Part shown: positions 20,662-29,467 of the stretch, in pieces
Layout: the number at the start of each line of letters is the position of its first letter
How positions within the stretch are numbered: the first letter of the stretch is position 1
Source of the DNA: Eubacteriales bacterium
GTDB lineage: Bacteria > Bacillota > Clostridia > Oscillospirales > QAKW01
Direction: 5' to 3'
DNA: 64,000 bases
Assembly: GCA_045539335.1 (NCBI GenBank)
Contig: JAZQFD010000007.1
Coordinates: forward strand, 89,853-153,852
The notes under the pieces: model-generated
The model's database searches: none
What the model was told of the DNA's origin: nothing
What the model saw: the letters and a program-made list of their open reading frames with translations, nothing else
Program-made: the position numbers and the translations under genes

Positions 20662-21462
20662 ATGAACAAAGCCGTTTTTATTACCGGGGCCCAAATGGGC
20701 ACCGGCTATGCCATTGCCGAAAAATTTGCCAAAGACGGTTGGGATGTGTTTGTGACCAGCCGACGGGGCGAGGAGGCGGTCCGTGCTGCGAAAGCCCTGG
20801 AAAAGGACTATGGCATTTTTGCCAAAGGCTATGAATGCAATATTCGTAACGAACAGCAAGTGATCGATATTTTTAATGATATTGATGCCACCGGTCGCTT
20901 TGTGGAAACGGTGGTGCTTAATGCCGCCGATCTGGGCTACGGTACCGACCCTGCCAAGGGGCAGGATTTCTTTACCGTATCGGTAGAGGAATTTCAACGG
21001 GTATTTGAAACCAATTTGGTGTGGAATTTTACCATCATCCGCCAGGCGGCATTAAGGATGAGAACCCAGGGAAAAGGAGCGGTGGTGTTTATCAGCTCCA
21101 ATACGGCGTATCGTGCCATTCCAAACCGGGCGGCCTATTGCGCTTCCAAAGGCGGCATAAACGCCTTGGCCAAGTCCTTGGCGGTAGATTTGGGGCCCTT
21201 TGGCATCCGTTGCAATGCGGTACTGCCCGGCACCATTAAAACTGCCCGTTGGGTCGAAATGGGCAAAAAGCAAATTGTAAACGGGGCACTGACTCCCATT
21301 GGTGACATTTCCGATTTTGAAGATATTGCCAATGCGGCGTGGTTTTTGGGTACCGATCTTTCCAAGAATATTACCGGCGTGGAGCTGACGGTGGATGGGG
21401 GGATGACCTGTCAGCTTTATCCTCAATTACTAAACGACCTCAAAAGAAAACAAATGCAGTAA
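20662..21462 (+). CDS. SDR family oxidoreductase
   Basis: Starts at MNKAVFITGAQMGTGYAIA (a TGxxxGxG-like motif). Has the catalytic Y..K context (AAYCASKGG). Confidence 0.85.
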   Translation: MNKAVFITGAQMGTGYAIAEKFAKDGWDVFVTSRRGEEAVRAAKALEKDYGIFAKGYECNIRNEQQVIDIFNDIDATGRFVETVVLNAADLGYGTDPAKGQDFFTVSVEEFQRVFETNLVWNFTIIRQAALRMRTQGKGAVVFISSNTAYRAIPNRAAYCASKGGINALAKSLAVDLGPFGIRCNAVLPGTIKTARWVEMGKKQIVNGALTPIGDISDFEDIANAAWFLGTDLSKNITGVELTVDGGMTCQLYPQLLNDLKRKQMQ

Positions 21463-21480
21463 GATTTGATACAGCAAAAG

Positions 21481-21513
21481 AAAAAACCGCAGGAACTGCG
21501 GTTTTTTCTTTTT
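21481..21513. terminator. bidirectional intrinsic terminator
   Basis: aaaaaaccgcaggaactgcggtttttt. Confidence 0.75.
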
Positions 21514-22292
21514 TATAAGATGATCTGATGCTTATTGCGGTAGCGAACAGGGGAGAGCCCCATTTGTTTCATAAAAACCTTGCAAAAATAGGCTTCGTCA
21601 TAAAATCCCGTCTCTTCGGCGATCTGCTGAACCGTCTGGTCGGTGGTGCTTAGCAGGCGGCAGGCCTTTTGCAGTTTCAGCTTGGTGCGGTATTGAACGG
21701 GGGAGTCCCCTGTCTGCCTGGCAAAAAGCCGCCGCAGGCTGCTTTGACTAAGATTGCACCGCCGGGCGATCTCCTCCATGGAGAGTTCCTGCTCCAAAAG
21801 GCGGGTGGCTTGCTCAAAGGTAGTATTGGAACGCACCTTTTGTTCCAGCAGATGTTGAAGCAGCAGAAGAAAGTGCCCCTTGGCGGCAAAATACTGCTCC
21901 TTTTCAAAGGTGTCTCCTATTTTGAAAAACAGATCGGCGGTCAAAAAGCCGTGGCGGCTGATGCAGGTGGGAAGGGCAGCAAATTGCCCCGGGGTCTCAA
22001 AGTTTAAAATAAAGCTTTTGGTCTGCCCCAGATCGGTGCGAACGTGGACGTCGTAGCAGCAGCCTTTGGGTAAGAAGGCAAGCTGGCCGGCGGTGAGGGT
22101 CAAGCCTCCGCCCTGCCAGGTGTAATCCACCTGTCCCTCCAAGACCAGCAAGAATCCCCAATGGGGGCGGGGGGTCTCCATAAAGCTGTTCCATCGACTG
22201 ACGATCCATTGCTGTTCGTGCGCCTCCAACAGGGTAAAATCCTCTATATTTTTCAAAAAGTGTAAAATTACACCGTCCATTTTTGCCGTCAC
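21513..22292 (-). CDS. AraC family transcriptional regulator
   Basis: C-terminal HTH strings (IARRCNLSQSSLRRLFARQTG, FYDEAYFCKVFMKQMGLSP). Divergent from the GH30 gene. Confidence 0.85.
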   Translation of the reverse strand: MTAKMDGVILHFLKNIEDFTLLEAHEQQWIVSRWNSFMETPRPHWGFLLVLEGQVDYTWQGGGLTLTAGQLAFLPKGCCYDVHVRTDLGQTKSFILNFETPGQFAALPTCISRHGFLTADLFFKIGDTFEKEQYFAAKGHFLLLLQHLLEQKVRSNTTFEQATRLLEQELSMEEIARRCNLSQSSLRRLFARQTGDSPVQYRTKLKLQKACRLLSTTDQTVQQIAEETGFYDEAYFCKVFMKQMGLSPVRYRNKHQIIL

Positions 22293-22412
22293 CTCTTAAA
22301 TTCAGTATAACACATGTGATTGAAAAATACAATAGAATGACCAAAAAACACCTTGATATATAGGTGATAATTTGATTTAATAAAGAAAAAAGTACAAAAA
22401 GGAGAAGGACCT

Positions 22413-23762
22413 ATGAAGGGAACGCAATATTTTACAGATGCAGAGCATCCTTGTGTGGCACGCCCTGTTTTTCCTGCCGTGAGAATGGGCGGTGCTGTCA
22501 CCTTAAAGCTGGCACAGGAGCCTCTCCAAAGACCCTTTGGAGGCTTTGGGGTCGCCATTACCGGCTCCTCTTGCTATAATCTCAGCCTGATGGAAAAGGA
22601 GGAGCGTACCGCTCTGATTAAATCCATTTTCACCACCGAAGGCTTGGGGCTGACCATCGGAAGACTTTCCGTAGGCTCCAGCGACTATTCGGCAGAGGTC
22701 TATTCTTATGACGACGTTGAGGGTGACGTAGAACTGAAGCATTTTTCTGTTGAAAGAGATGAGGCCTATATCATCCCCATGATCAAAGAGATCCTGGCCG
22801 TAAACCCCGACTTAAAGCTCTTTGCCTCCCCCTGGAGCCCTCCCGGCTGGATGAAGACCGGCGGCAGTCTGTGCGGCGGCTATATGCGGGAGGAATATCT
22901 GGAATGCTATGCCGAATATTACCTGCGCTTTTTGCAGGAGTATGAAAAGCGGGGTATCCACATTTCTGCGCTGACTCCCCAAAACGAGCCCGAGACCGAG
23001 CAACGAGGCAAAATGCCCGCTTGCCGCTGGCATCCGGATCTGGAAGCAGCATTTATTGCCATTCTGCGCCGCAAGCTGGACGAGGCGGGAATGAAGGTGG
23101 ATATCTGGATGCACGATCACTCCTTTGTTTATTGGGACCGAGTCAAGTGGCTGCTGGACCAAAAGCCCCATCTGCAACAGGATTGTAAGGGTGTTGCCTT
23201 CCATTATTATAATCACGGCATCGAGGATACCGCCCCGGTGCAACAGGCTTATCCCAATCTGGAATATCATTTCACCGAAGCCGGCCCCCGTCTTTACGAC
23301 CATTACGATACCGACTGGTGTAAATGGGTCACCATGATGGTCAAGGTGCTCTCCTGCGGCTATTCCACTTTTACCGGCTGGAATCTGATGCTGGATGAAA
23401 CCGGCGGCCCCAATATCGGGCCCTTTTTCTGCGGCGGTCTGGTGACTCGCAATTCCATGGACGGGGCCCTTAGCTATAGCGGTCAATATAAAGCCTTTAT
23501 GCAGGTTTCCCGCTTTGTTCGCCCCGGAGCAAAGGTTTATCCTGTGCAGGTGACCAATGATGCTCCTACCATTCATCAGTACCCCAAGGTAGGGGAGCCT
23601 GTGGAGGCAGTAATGGCCGAGAATTCCGATGGTAGCCGAGTGTTGATTTTGGCTAATCATAATGATACCAAGCGGCAGGTGCAGTTCTTCTTGGATGGCC
23701 AATGGTTTTACGTGGAGCTGCTGCCCGATTCGGTATCCACTGTTGTTTTTGAACAGGCATAA
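22413..23762 (+). CDS. glycoside hydrolase family 30 (glucosylceramidase-like beta-glycosidase)
   Basis: Contains FGGFGVAITGSSCYNL, FASPWSPPGWMKT and ALTPQNEPE (the acid/base Glu context). Confidence 0.8.
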   Translation: MKGTQYFTDAEHPCVARPVFPAVRMGGAVTLKLAQEPLQRPFGGFGVAITGSSCYNLSLMEKEERTALIKSIFTTEGLGLTIGRLSVGSSDYSAEVYSYDDVEGDVELKHFSVERDEAYIIPMIKEILAVNPDLKLFASPWSPPGWMKTGGSLCGGYMREEYLECYAEYYLRFLQEYEKRGIHISALTPQNEPETEQRGKMPACRWHPDLEAAFIAILRRKLDEAGMKVDIWMHDHSFVYWDRVKWLLDQKPHLQQDCKGVAFHYYNHGIEDTAPVQQAYPNLEYHFTEAGPRLYDHYDTDWCKWVTMMVKVLSCGYSTFTGWNLMLDETGGPNIGPFFCGGLVTRNSMDGALSYSGQYKAFMQVSRFVRPGAKVYPVQVTNDAPTIHQYPKVGEPVEAVMAENSDGSRVLILANHNDTKRQVQFFLDGQWFYVELLPDSVSTVVFEQA

Positions 23763-23782
23763 TAAAAGAGTAGGAGGCCATT

Positions 23783-25186
23783 ATGTTAAATTATCACGTT
23801 AAAATCGGTTTGGTGGCCATGCGGCGTAATACCACAGACCGTCCCCGTGGCACGTTTCTCACTTGGTATTCTGCGGAGCAACGGGGCAAGCGCTTTGTGC
23901 AGTATATCGAAGAGAATTTTGCAAATGAGCAGGTTTCCTTTGTGGATAATAAAGGAATCGGCATTGGGGACCTGGTGTTTGATGATGTCACCGCCGCTCA
24001 GGTGGTGGAACGGTTTAAGGCCGAACAGGTAGATGCCGTGATGATCATCAACTGCAATTTCGGCAACGAAGAAGCCGCTGCCGATATTGCCCAAGCCCTG
24101 GGCAAGCCGGTGCTGTTGTGGGCACCCCTGGACGATGAATACTACGTAGACGGGATGCGCCCCACCGATTCCCAATGCGGATTGTTCGGCGTTTCCAGAC
24201 AAATGCAGCGCTACCACATTCCTTTCTCTCATCTGCCTTGCTGCCGAGTGGAGAGTGAGGAATTTAAAGAGGGCTTTGAGCGCTTTGTCCGAGTGGCTTG
24301 TATGGTCAAGAATTTTAAAGGCCTGCGGATCGGCCAGATCGGCGCCCGTCCCACGCCTTTTTATTCGGTCATTTGGAATGAGGGCGAATTGATGGAAAAA
24401 TTCGGCATCCGCATTATTCCCATCAACTTTGCCATGATCCAGCAACGGATGAAAGCGGCACCCGAACTGTATGGGGAGGAGATTGCAGAGTATGAGCAGT
24501 ATTTCTTGAAAAACTTCCGTATGGACGATCTGACCCCTCAATACATCAAGCCCCTGGCAACCATGGCGACCATGTATAAGCATTTATTTGAAGAATTCCG
24601 CCTGGATGTTCTCTCGGCAGAGTGCTGGACTGCAACCCCGATTATGTTTGACGGTCTTGCCCCCTGCGCAGTATATGGCTTGCTCAATGAATTGGGCTAT
24701 ATGATCTCCTGCGAAAGCGATATTCATAGCGCCATCACCATGGTTCTTTTAAAGAGTGCCGCCTTGGGAAAGAAGGCTCCTCTGTTCGGAGAGTTTACCG
24801 TTCGTCACCCTGAGAATAAAAATGCCGAGCTGTTATGGCATTGCGGCCCCTTCTCTGCAAGTCAAAAAGCGGAAGGAACCGAAGCTCGCTTGGTGAACCA
24901 ACGGGTGTGGCTTCGTGCCAAAGACGGGGAATATACCGTGGCTCGGATGGATCAGGAGAGCGGAAACTATATGATCCTGCCGCTGGTTTGTAAAACCACG
25001 GAAGGCCCCCAGACCCACGGCAGTTATTTCTGGGGCGAATTCAAAGACCTGCAGGCGGTGGAAGATCGGTTGATGGATGGCCCTTACATTCACCATTTTG
25101 TGGAGATCGAAGGGGATTTCCGAAAAGAGATCGGAGAATTCTGCAAGTATGTTCCCAATCTTACCTTAGATCGTTCTGTTGAATAA
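23783..25186 (+). CDS. L-fucose/L-arabinose isomerase family protein
   Basis: 467 aa. The call rests on remembered similarity to the FucI/AraA-like family (N-terminal IGLVAMRR...; size; sugar-gene context). The substrate is unknown. Confidence 0.6.
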   Translation: MLNYHVKIGLVAMRRNTTDRPRGTFLTWYSAEQRGKRFVQYIEENFANEQVSFVDNKGIGIGDLVFDDVTAAQVVERFKAEQVDAVMIINCNFGNEEAAADIAQALGKPVLLWAPLDDEYYVDGMRPTDSQCGLFGVSRQMQRYHIPFSHLPCCRVESEEFKEGFERFVRVACMVKNFKGLRIGQIGARPTPFYSVIWNEGELMEKFGIRIIPINFAMIQQRMKAAPELYGEEIAEYEQYFLKNFRMDDLTPQYIKPLATMATMYKHLFEEFRLDVLSAECWTATPIMFDGLAPCAVYGLLNELGYMISCESDIHSAITMVLLKSAALGKKAPLFGEFTVRHPENKNAELLWHCGPFSASQKAEGTEARLVNQRVWLRAKDGEYTVARMDQESGNYMILPLVCKTTEGPQTHGSYFWGEFKDLQAVEDRLMDGPYIHHFVEIEGDFRKEIGEFCKYVPNLTLDRSVE

Positions 25187-25198
25187 AGGAGAAAAAAG

Positions 25199-26038
25199 AT
25201 GCTTGTCAATCTTCAGACTATTATCGGCATGGCCGAAGAAGGGGGATATTGTATTCCTGCCTTCAATATTTATAATACCGAAACGATTATGGGTGTGATT
25301 GCTGCGGCAGAAGAAGCCAAAGCCCCTGTCATCATTCAGATTTATCCCAGACTGATCAATGAAGAGGTTGGTTTTTATCTTTGCCCCGCCGTGGTTGCGG
25401 CGGCTCGGCGTGCAACCGTTCCCATTTGTTTTCATCTGGATCATGGCCCCTCCGAATATGAGGTAACCCGTGCCCTTCACTGGGGCTGCAGCGGCATTAT
25501 GCTGGATGGCTCCGTTCATCCCTTGGAGGAGAATATTGCCATCACCAAGCATATTGTGGAGGTTTGCCGGGCCGTGGGCGTTGGTGTAGAAGGAGAGATC
25601 GGTCATGTGGGCAGTGTAAACGATGAGGCCATGGACGCCTTCACCGATCCCGAAGAAGCGGCGAAATTTGTGCGGGAAACCGGCGTTACCTGCCTTGCGG
25701 TTTTGATCGGCAATGCCCATGGACACTATAAGAAAACGCCCTGCTTGGATATTGAGCGAATTAAAGCCATCCGTGAAGCCACCGGCGGGATTCCGCTGGT
25801 TCTTCATGGCGGCTCCGGCATTCCTGATGATCAGGTGAAAGCCGCCATTAAAGCAGGTATTCGAAAAATGAATATCGGCACCGATGTATGCTGCGCCTTT
25901 GCTGAAGGAACCAAAGAAACCTTGGCGGATCCCAATCGCTCCTTGGCGGTGGATTTGTTTATGAAGCATCCTATTCAAACGGTCAAGGCGTTGGCCTTGG
26001 AAAAAATCAACTTGGTCGGTGCGGCCGGAAAGGCATAA
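25199..26038 (+). CDS. class II ketose-(bis)phosphate aldolase (FBA_II / tagatose-bisphosphate aldolase family)
   Basis: Contains IPAFNIYN, PVIIQ, FHLDHG, GNAHG and LVLHGGSG. Confidence 0.85.
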   Translation: MLVNLQTIIGMAEEGGYCIPAFNIYNTETIMGVIAAAEEAKAPVIIQIYPRLINEEVGFYLCPAVVAAARRATVPICFHLDHGPSEYEVTRALHWGCSGIMLDGSVHPLEENIAITKHIVEVCRAVGVGVEGEIGHVGSVNDEAMDAFTDPEEAAKFVRETGVTCLAVLIGNAHGHYKKTPCLDIERIKAIREATGGIPLVLHGGSGIPDDQVKAAIKAGIRKMNIGTDVCCAFAEGTKETLADPNRSLAVDLFMKHPIQTVKALALEKINLVGAAGKA

Positions 26039-26041
26039 GCT

Positions 26042-26953
26042 ATGGCAAAGATCGTCGGCATAGGGGCTTGCGTGTTTGACACGCTTTTTACCGTCCCCTC
26101 TTATCCCACCGAAGATACAAAAACAAGGGCCGAGAGCAGTAAAACTGCCGGAGGCGGGCCGGTGGCCACCGGTCTTGTGGCGGCTCAAAAGCTTGGTGTT
26201 CAAACCGCTTATATCGGGAACTTGACCGATGACAACGGCGGACGCTTTTTAAAAGAAGATTTCGAAAAATACGGCGTGGAAACCCATTGGATTGAGGTAA
26301 AGGCGGGGTATCGCTCGTTTGCCTCGGTGCTTTGGCTTTGCGCCGATACCGCTACCCGTACCTGTGTGTTTGATAAAGGAAACCTGCCTCCCTTGGTGCT
26401 GAATCAATCCCAAAGGGATGCCATTCAAGAAGCCGAAATCCTGATGGTAGACGGCAATGAATTGAAGGCCGCTGTAGAAGGCGCCCACATTGCTCGCACC
26501 GTCGGCACAAAGGTTCTCTATGATTGCGGCGGGCTTTATGAGGGTGTGGAGCAACTTTTGGCACTGACCGATATTATGATTCCTTCGGAAGAATTCGCTT
26601 TGGGACACACCGGTTGTGCCACCGTGGAGGAAGCAGCCCGCCAATTATATGAAATCTATCATCCTGAGGTGGTGGTGATCACCCGAGGCAAAAAAGGCGG
26701 CATTCTCTATGATGGAGAGCAGTTGATTTCTTATCCCATCTATCCGGCAACGGTAGTGGATTCCAACGGCTCCGGCGATGTGTTCCACGGCGCCTTTGCG
26801 GCGGCCGTGATCAAAGGCTATGATTATCTGAAATGTTGCCATTTTTCCAGTGCAGTGGCGGCGCTGAAATGCACCGGCGTCGGTGCTCGGGAGAGTGTGC
26901 CCGATTTTGAGACGACCCTGCAATACTTAAAGGAAAATGGATACGAGCTTTAA
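26042..26953 (+). CDS. PfkB-family carbohydrate kinase
   Basis: Has an N-terminal GG motif (TAGGGPVATG) and the C-terminal motif DSNGSGDVFHGAF. Confidence 0.85.
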   Translation: MAKIVGIGACVFDTLFTVPSYPTEDTKTRAESSKTAGGGPVATGLVAAQKLGVQTAYIGNLTDDNGGRFLKEDFEKYGVETHWIEVKAGYRSFASVLWLCADTATRTCVFDKGNLPPLVLNQSQRDAIQEAEILMVDGNELKAAVEGAHIARTVGTKVLYDCGGLYEGVEQLLALTDIMIPSEEFALGHTGCATVEEAARQLYEIYHPEVVVITRGKKGGILYDGEQLISYPIYPATVVDSNGSGDVFHGAFAAAVIKGYDYLKCCHFSSAVAALKCTGVGARESVPDFETTLQYLKENGYEL

Positions 26954-26965
26954 AGAGGATAAAAA

Positions 26966-27616
26966 ATGCTGGAAAATCTAAGAAAACGAAATCCTGAGAT
27001 CCCCATATTTGATGTAAATGATCGGGCCTTTGCAACGTTTGGCAGGGTCATAACCGATTTTGATGCTGCTCCGATCATGGAGGCGGCAAAAAAGATCTCC
27101 CCGCCCGAAAGCGGTTCTTCCTATTTGCCGTCTGTTGAGGAATTTGAATGTTTAACAACGGCCGATGAAATGAAGAATGAGTTTTTCGGATCGTTGCCTA
27201 CTCAGATTGGTTATTGTTGGGGCCACAGCAATTTTCTAAACGCTACCGAGTGGCATACCTCCTCCGAGATCAATGTTGCGGTTACGCCGTTGGTACTCAT
27301 ATTGGGTCATCTTTGGGATATTAAAGAGAATACCATCGATTCTTCCCAATTCAAGGCCTTTTCCCTTCCGGCAGGGACCGTGGTTGAAATTTATGCCACC
27401 ACCTTGCATTTTTGTCCCTGCGAAGTGGATCAGCACGGGTTTGGCTGTGTGGTGGCCCTTCCCGCCGGAACCAACACAGATCTTACTGTGGAGAAAAAGG
27501 ATCCGTTGCTTTTCCGTAAAAACAAGTGGATTCTTGCCCATATGGAGAATCAGGCTCTTCAAAGCAGGGGCGTGGCGGGCGGAATTACCGGCACCAACTA
27601 TGAAATTAAGTATTAA
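26966..27616 (+). CDS. uncharacterised cupin-like protein (DUF4867-like, from memory)
   Basis: 216 aa and the last gene of the sugar operon. The family name is a recollection only. Confidence 0.5.
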   Translation: MLENLRKRNPEIPIFDVNDRAFATFGRVITDFDAAPIMEAAKKISPPESGSSYLPSVEEFECLTTADEMKNEFFGSLPTQIGYCWGHSNFLNATEWHTSSEINVAVTPLVLILGHLWDIKENTIDSSQFKAFSLPAGTVVEIYATTLHFCPCEVDQHGFGCVVALPAGTNTDLTVEKKDPLLFRKNKWILAHMENQALQSRGVAGGITGTNYEIKY

Positions 27617-27654
27617 CAAAAAACACCCGTTGCTTTCGCAACGGGTGTTTTTCT
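27617..27654. terminator. bidirectional intrinsic terminator
   Basis: Stem acacccgttgc / gcaacgggtgt flanked by an A-run and a T-run. Confidence 0.8.
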
Positions 27655-29463
27655 TTAATCAAACTGTGCGTTGTAGAGTCGGCTGTAGAAGCCGCCTTTT
27701 TTCATAAGCGCATCATGATTGCCTTGTTCGGTCACCTTTCCGTCTTGCAGGACTAAAATGCAATCGGCATTTTGAATGGTGGAAAGCCGATGGGCGATCA
27801 CAAAGCAGGTGCGATTCTCCATCAATCGGTTCATGGCATCTTGAATCTGAATCTCGGTGCGGGAGTCCACATTGGAGGTGGCCTCATCCAAAATCAGCAT
27901 CGGTGCAACGGATAAAAAGGCACGGGCAATGGTAATCAACTGGCGCTGACCTTTGGAGATGTTCACCCCATCGTCGGAAAGTACCGTATCATAGCCATCG
28001 GGCAGATGCTCAATGTAGGAGTCGATGCGGGCGGCCTTGGCGGCGGCATATACCTCCTCGGGGGTGGCATCTTCTTTGCCATATACAATGTTTTCATAGA
28101 TGGTGCCGTGGAACAGCCAGGTGTCTTGCAATACCATGGTGAATCCGTTGCGAAGATCCCCCCGTGGAACGGAGACGATCTCCTTGCCGTCAATGGTGAT
28201 ACTGCCCTTTTGCGGGTCATAAAACCGCATGAGAAGATTGATGATGGTGGTTTTTCCGGCGCCGGTGGGGCCCACCACGGCGATGGTTTTGCCGGGCTTG
28301 GCAGTTACCGAAACACCGTGAAGGATCTCTTTATCGGCCACATATCCGAAATAAATATCTTTAAATTCCACCTGCCCTTGGATCTCTTTTAAGGGCATTG
28401 CTTCGGGAAGATCGGCGGGCTCGGGCTCTTCGTCCAAAATCCGAAAGACTCGCTCGGCGGCAGAAAAGGCCGATTGAAATTCATGCATGATATTGGCAAA
28501 TTCATTGATGGGGCCTGCAAATTTGCGGGAGTATTGCACAAACTGCGCCACGCCGCCCAAGGTGATGAAAAAGAGGCTTCCTTCCAATACTGCCCCGTTT
28601 TGGGAGTACATATAAAGAATGCCGCCAAAGACCATCACCAAAGAAAGGGACAGGTTATTGATAAAGTTCATGGTGGGGCCCATGAGAGAACCGTAGTATT
28701 CCGACTGATAGTAGGCATCCATGGCGTCGGTGTTGCGCTTGTTGAACCGTCCGCAGATCACCTCTTCCTTGCCGTATACCTCAATGGTGCGGCATCCCGA
28801 AAGCATCTCCTCGGCATAGCCGTTGAGCTCGCCCAGCTTTTTGGAGCGGGCACGGAACAAGGGGCGCACCTTTTTGGAACGGTAGCGGGCAAAAAGGGTG
28901 GAGGCCGGCACGGTAAACACAAAGACCAAGATCAAGGGCGGTGAGATCCGCCACATAAAGATCAAAGAGCCGATCACCGTGTAAAGGCTGGTCATAACTT
29001 GCAAAAGGTCATGGGAAAGGGAGGCGTTTACCGTATCAATATCATAAGAGATGCGGCTGATGATATCTCCCACTGCCGTTTGGTCAAAATACCGCACCGG
29101 CAGGGTCATCAGCTTATCAAAAAGCTGCTTGCGCATGAAATAGACGATCTTTTTGCTCAAGCGGATCATCACTGCCGCCAGCCCATAAGCCAGCAGGGCA
29201 GAGACGGCATAGCAAAGAAGCATCCGCCCTACATTCTGCCAAACTGCATCAAAATCCACGCCTCCTTCTGCCGAAAGGGCATCAATGGCGGCACCGGAAT
29301 ACATGGGTCCCATCAAGGAAAGCTGATTGGAAAGTAGGGTCAGCGCCAACGCCAACAAAAAGAGAGGCCAATAGCGCAGGATATAGGTGCTCAGCCGAAG
29401 CATCACATGCTTGGTGGTTTTGCGATCCAGTTTTTTCGGCGCTTCCGCCGGTGTTTGACTCAT
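27655..29463 (-). CDS. ABC transporter ATP-binding/permease protein (type I exporter half-transporter)
   Basis: 6-TM N-terminal domain. Walker A GPTGAGKTT, signature LSKGQRQ and Walker B ILILDEATS. I chose the ATG at 29463, 4 nt after the upstream stop; a GTG at 29484 is also possible. Confidence 0.9.
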   Translation of the reverse strand: MSQTPAEAPKKLDRKTTKHVMLRLSTYILRYWPLFLLALALTLLSNQLSLMGPMYSGAAIDALSAEGGVDFDAVWQNVGRMLLCYAVSALLAYGLAAVMIRLSKKIVYFMRKQLFDKLMTLPVRYFDQTAVGDIISRISYDIDTVNASLSHDLLQVMTSLYTVIGSLIFMWRISPPLILVFVFTVPASTLFARYRSKKVRPLFRARSKKLGELNGYAEEMLSGCRTIEVYGKEEVICGRFNKRNTDAMDAYYQSEYYGSLMGPTMNFINNLSLSLVMVFGGILYMYSQNGAVLEGSLFFITLGGVAQFVQYSRKFAGPINEFANIMHEFQSAFSAAERVFRILDEEPEPADLPEAMPLKEIQGQVEFKDIYFGYVADKEILHGVSVTAKPGKTIAVVGPTGAGKTTIINLLMRFYDPQKGSITIDGKEIVSVPRGDLRNGFTMVLQDTWLFHGTIYENIVYGKEDATPEEVYAAAKAARIDSYIEHLPDGYDTVLSDDGVNISKGQRQLITIARAFLSVAPMLILDEATSNVDSRTEIQIQDAMNRLMENRTCFVIAHRLSTIQNADCILVLQDGKVTEQGNHDALMKKGGFYSRLYNAQFD

Positions 29464-29467
29464 TCTT

